Source of the DNA: Octopus sinensis
Lineage: Eukaryota
Direction: 5' to 3'
Length of the DNA stretch: 64,000 nt
Assembly: GCF_006345805.1 (NCBI RefSeq)
Contig: NC_042997.1
Span: forward strand, 86,614,001-86,678,000
Part shown: in pieces, positions 62,650-64,000 of the stretch
Position numbering within the stretch: the stretch's first letter is position 1
Layout: each line of letters begins with the position of its first letter
Made by a program: the position numbers and the translations under genes
Notes under the pieces: model-generated
What the model was told of the DNA's origin: nothing
The model's input: the letters and a program-made list of their open reading frames with translations, nothing else
Database searches by the model: none

Positions 62650-62960
62650 AGGATAAAGACTCCTTTCAGTCATGAATGACAATGGGATTGCACCTAGAAA
62701 GTTCACCTCTGTGGCACAAGTCCAGGCAAGGTTGTTTATGGAAGACCAGCAGATGCCCATGCATACTAACCTCCCCGCTCCATGCCACCAATGTTATCCA
62801 AGGGAAAAGCAAAGGACAATACAGCTTGGCACCAGTGATGTCACAACTCATTTCTACAGCTGAGTAAACAGCAGCAATGTGAAATAAAGTGTCTTGCTCA
62901 AGAACAAAACACACAGCCTGGTCAGGGAATTGAACTCACTACGTCAGTAGCAGTCAACCA
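62650..62960 (-). mobile_element. Family E SINE
   Basis: Reverse complement of the 53857/20862 family. Confidence 0.72.
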
Positions 62961-63574
62961 TGCAGGGGGCAGCTTTATTTTATGTTTTGTTCAAAGACAG
63001 AACAACACAATGACAGCACTGAGATTTGAACTTCTGACCATGTGGTCAAAAGTCAGTCACCATCACAGACTTACACATTTTTTTTCTATAAACAAAGACA
63101 ACATTCACTATGTACTGCAGAGAACAGTATACAGGATGAATGTAAATGGAACTAAAGTGCAAGATATCTCATATGTTTGAAGCGAGGGTTACTTTCAAAC
63201 TTTTGATTGGTTACCTCTACTTGATAACTTGTCATCATCATCAATAAATTAAAATCAGAAGTGAAATGTCATTGTTTCAACAGAAGAAATGTAACTATGG
63301 GATAAAGTGATGTGAAAAATGTCTTTATGCAATGTCCCAGATTCTAGTTAATTATGAAAACTTAACAAAAACATGTGACTATTCTTTTTCCCAAGACTGG
63401 GCTCTCATAGGAGCTATAAAGGTTATAGATTACTTTAGGAATATCAACTGAAGTAATGCACAAATACCATTATTGTATCTTCAAAAATACTCTATAAGTG
63501 CTTGACTGAAAGCATAGTTTGAAGAATATTTTAACACGCTTATTCAATGAATAAGGAAATCCATTCCAACTTAA

Positions 63575-63748
63575 TTCTTTAGCATTCAGATTACAGTCAA
63601 ATATAATGCTTATTTATTCATACTGTTTTGAATTAATCATGCATTATCTTGAGGCTTCAAGATTTCAATGATGTGATAGTTTATTTTTACTATGACATTG
63701 TAGTGTAGGTATGAGATGTTGGATAAGGTCAGTTTAAATGCTAAAGGT
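63575..63748. mobile_element. piggyBac-type MITE (family G)
   Basis: TTAA at 63571-63574 and 63749-63752; tctttagcattcag / aatgctaaagg ends. Confidence 0.65.
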
Positions 63749-64000
63749 TTAAACACACACAAAGACAAAAGTTTATGAATCAGATGACACACAAAAGTGA
63801 CAAAATACAGGAAGTAAACAATGACAGCCAGCAACAGAAGAAAAATGTCTATACAAGTTGCCATAAAACAATTCTGGATTCTGTAGTGCTCAGTGAGTAA
63901 GAAATGAGTCACCTACATAAAAATCAAGCAAGCTTACTGTAAGTAATAGAGAAGATCTGATATCAGTTCTGCATAGTTAGGTGAATTGAAATACTAAATG

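Overview
Eukaryotic, AT-rich, microsatellite- and SINE-dense genomic DNA. The repeat families look like those of an Octopus/cephalopod genome (my recognition, not database-checked). Two convergent intron-rich genes can be rebuilt by hand from GT-AG junctions, and the ORF track misses both almost entirely. (1) A complete 9-exon DHRS4-like peroxisomal short-chain dehydrogenase on + (2111-23686, 251 aa, includes a 24-nt microexon, ends in SSL). (2) Four exons of an ESCRT-III CHMP4/Snf7 gene on - (44612-27798); its first coding exon is not found in the window. The rest is a dense transposable-element landscape: several tRNA-derived SINE families, an RTE-tailed element with a higher-order minisatellite, piggyBac-type MITEs, Helitron-like elements, two mariner copies, remnants of CR1-like, RTE, CRE, Penelope and Tc1-like elements, and a CpG-decayed tRNA-Asp pseudogene. 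The most interesting observation is a tRNA-headed short element in DHRS4 intron 5 (minus strand, about 13845-14132) containing a minimal Penelope-type hammerhead ribozyme fold at 13924-13969. This copy has one core substitution (G12A), so activity is a hypothesis about the family rather than this copy. No CRISPR array or prokaryotic system is present. Most long ORFs in the track are repeat read-through artefacts. Repeat boundaries are approximate unless a TSD or TIR is quoted.
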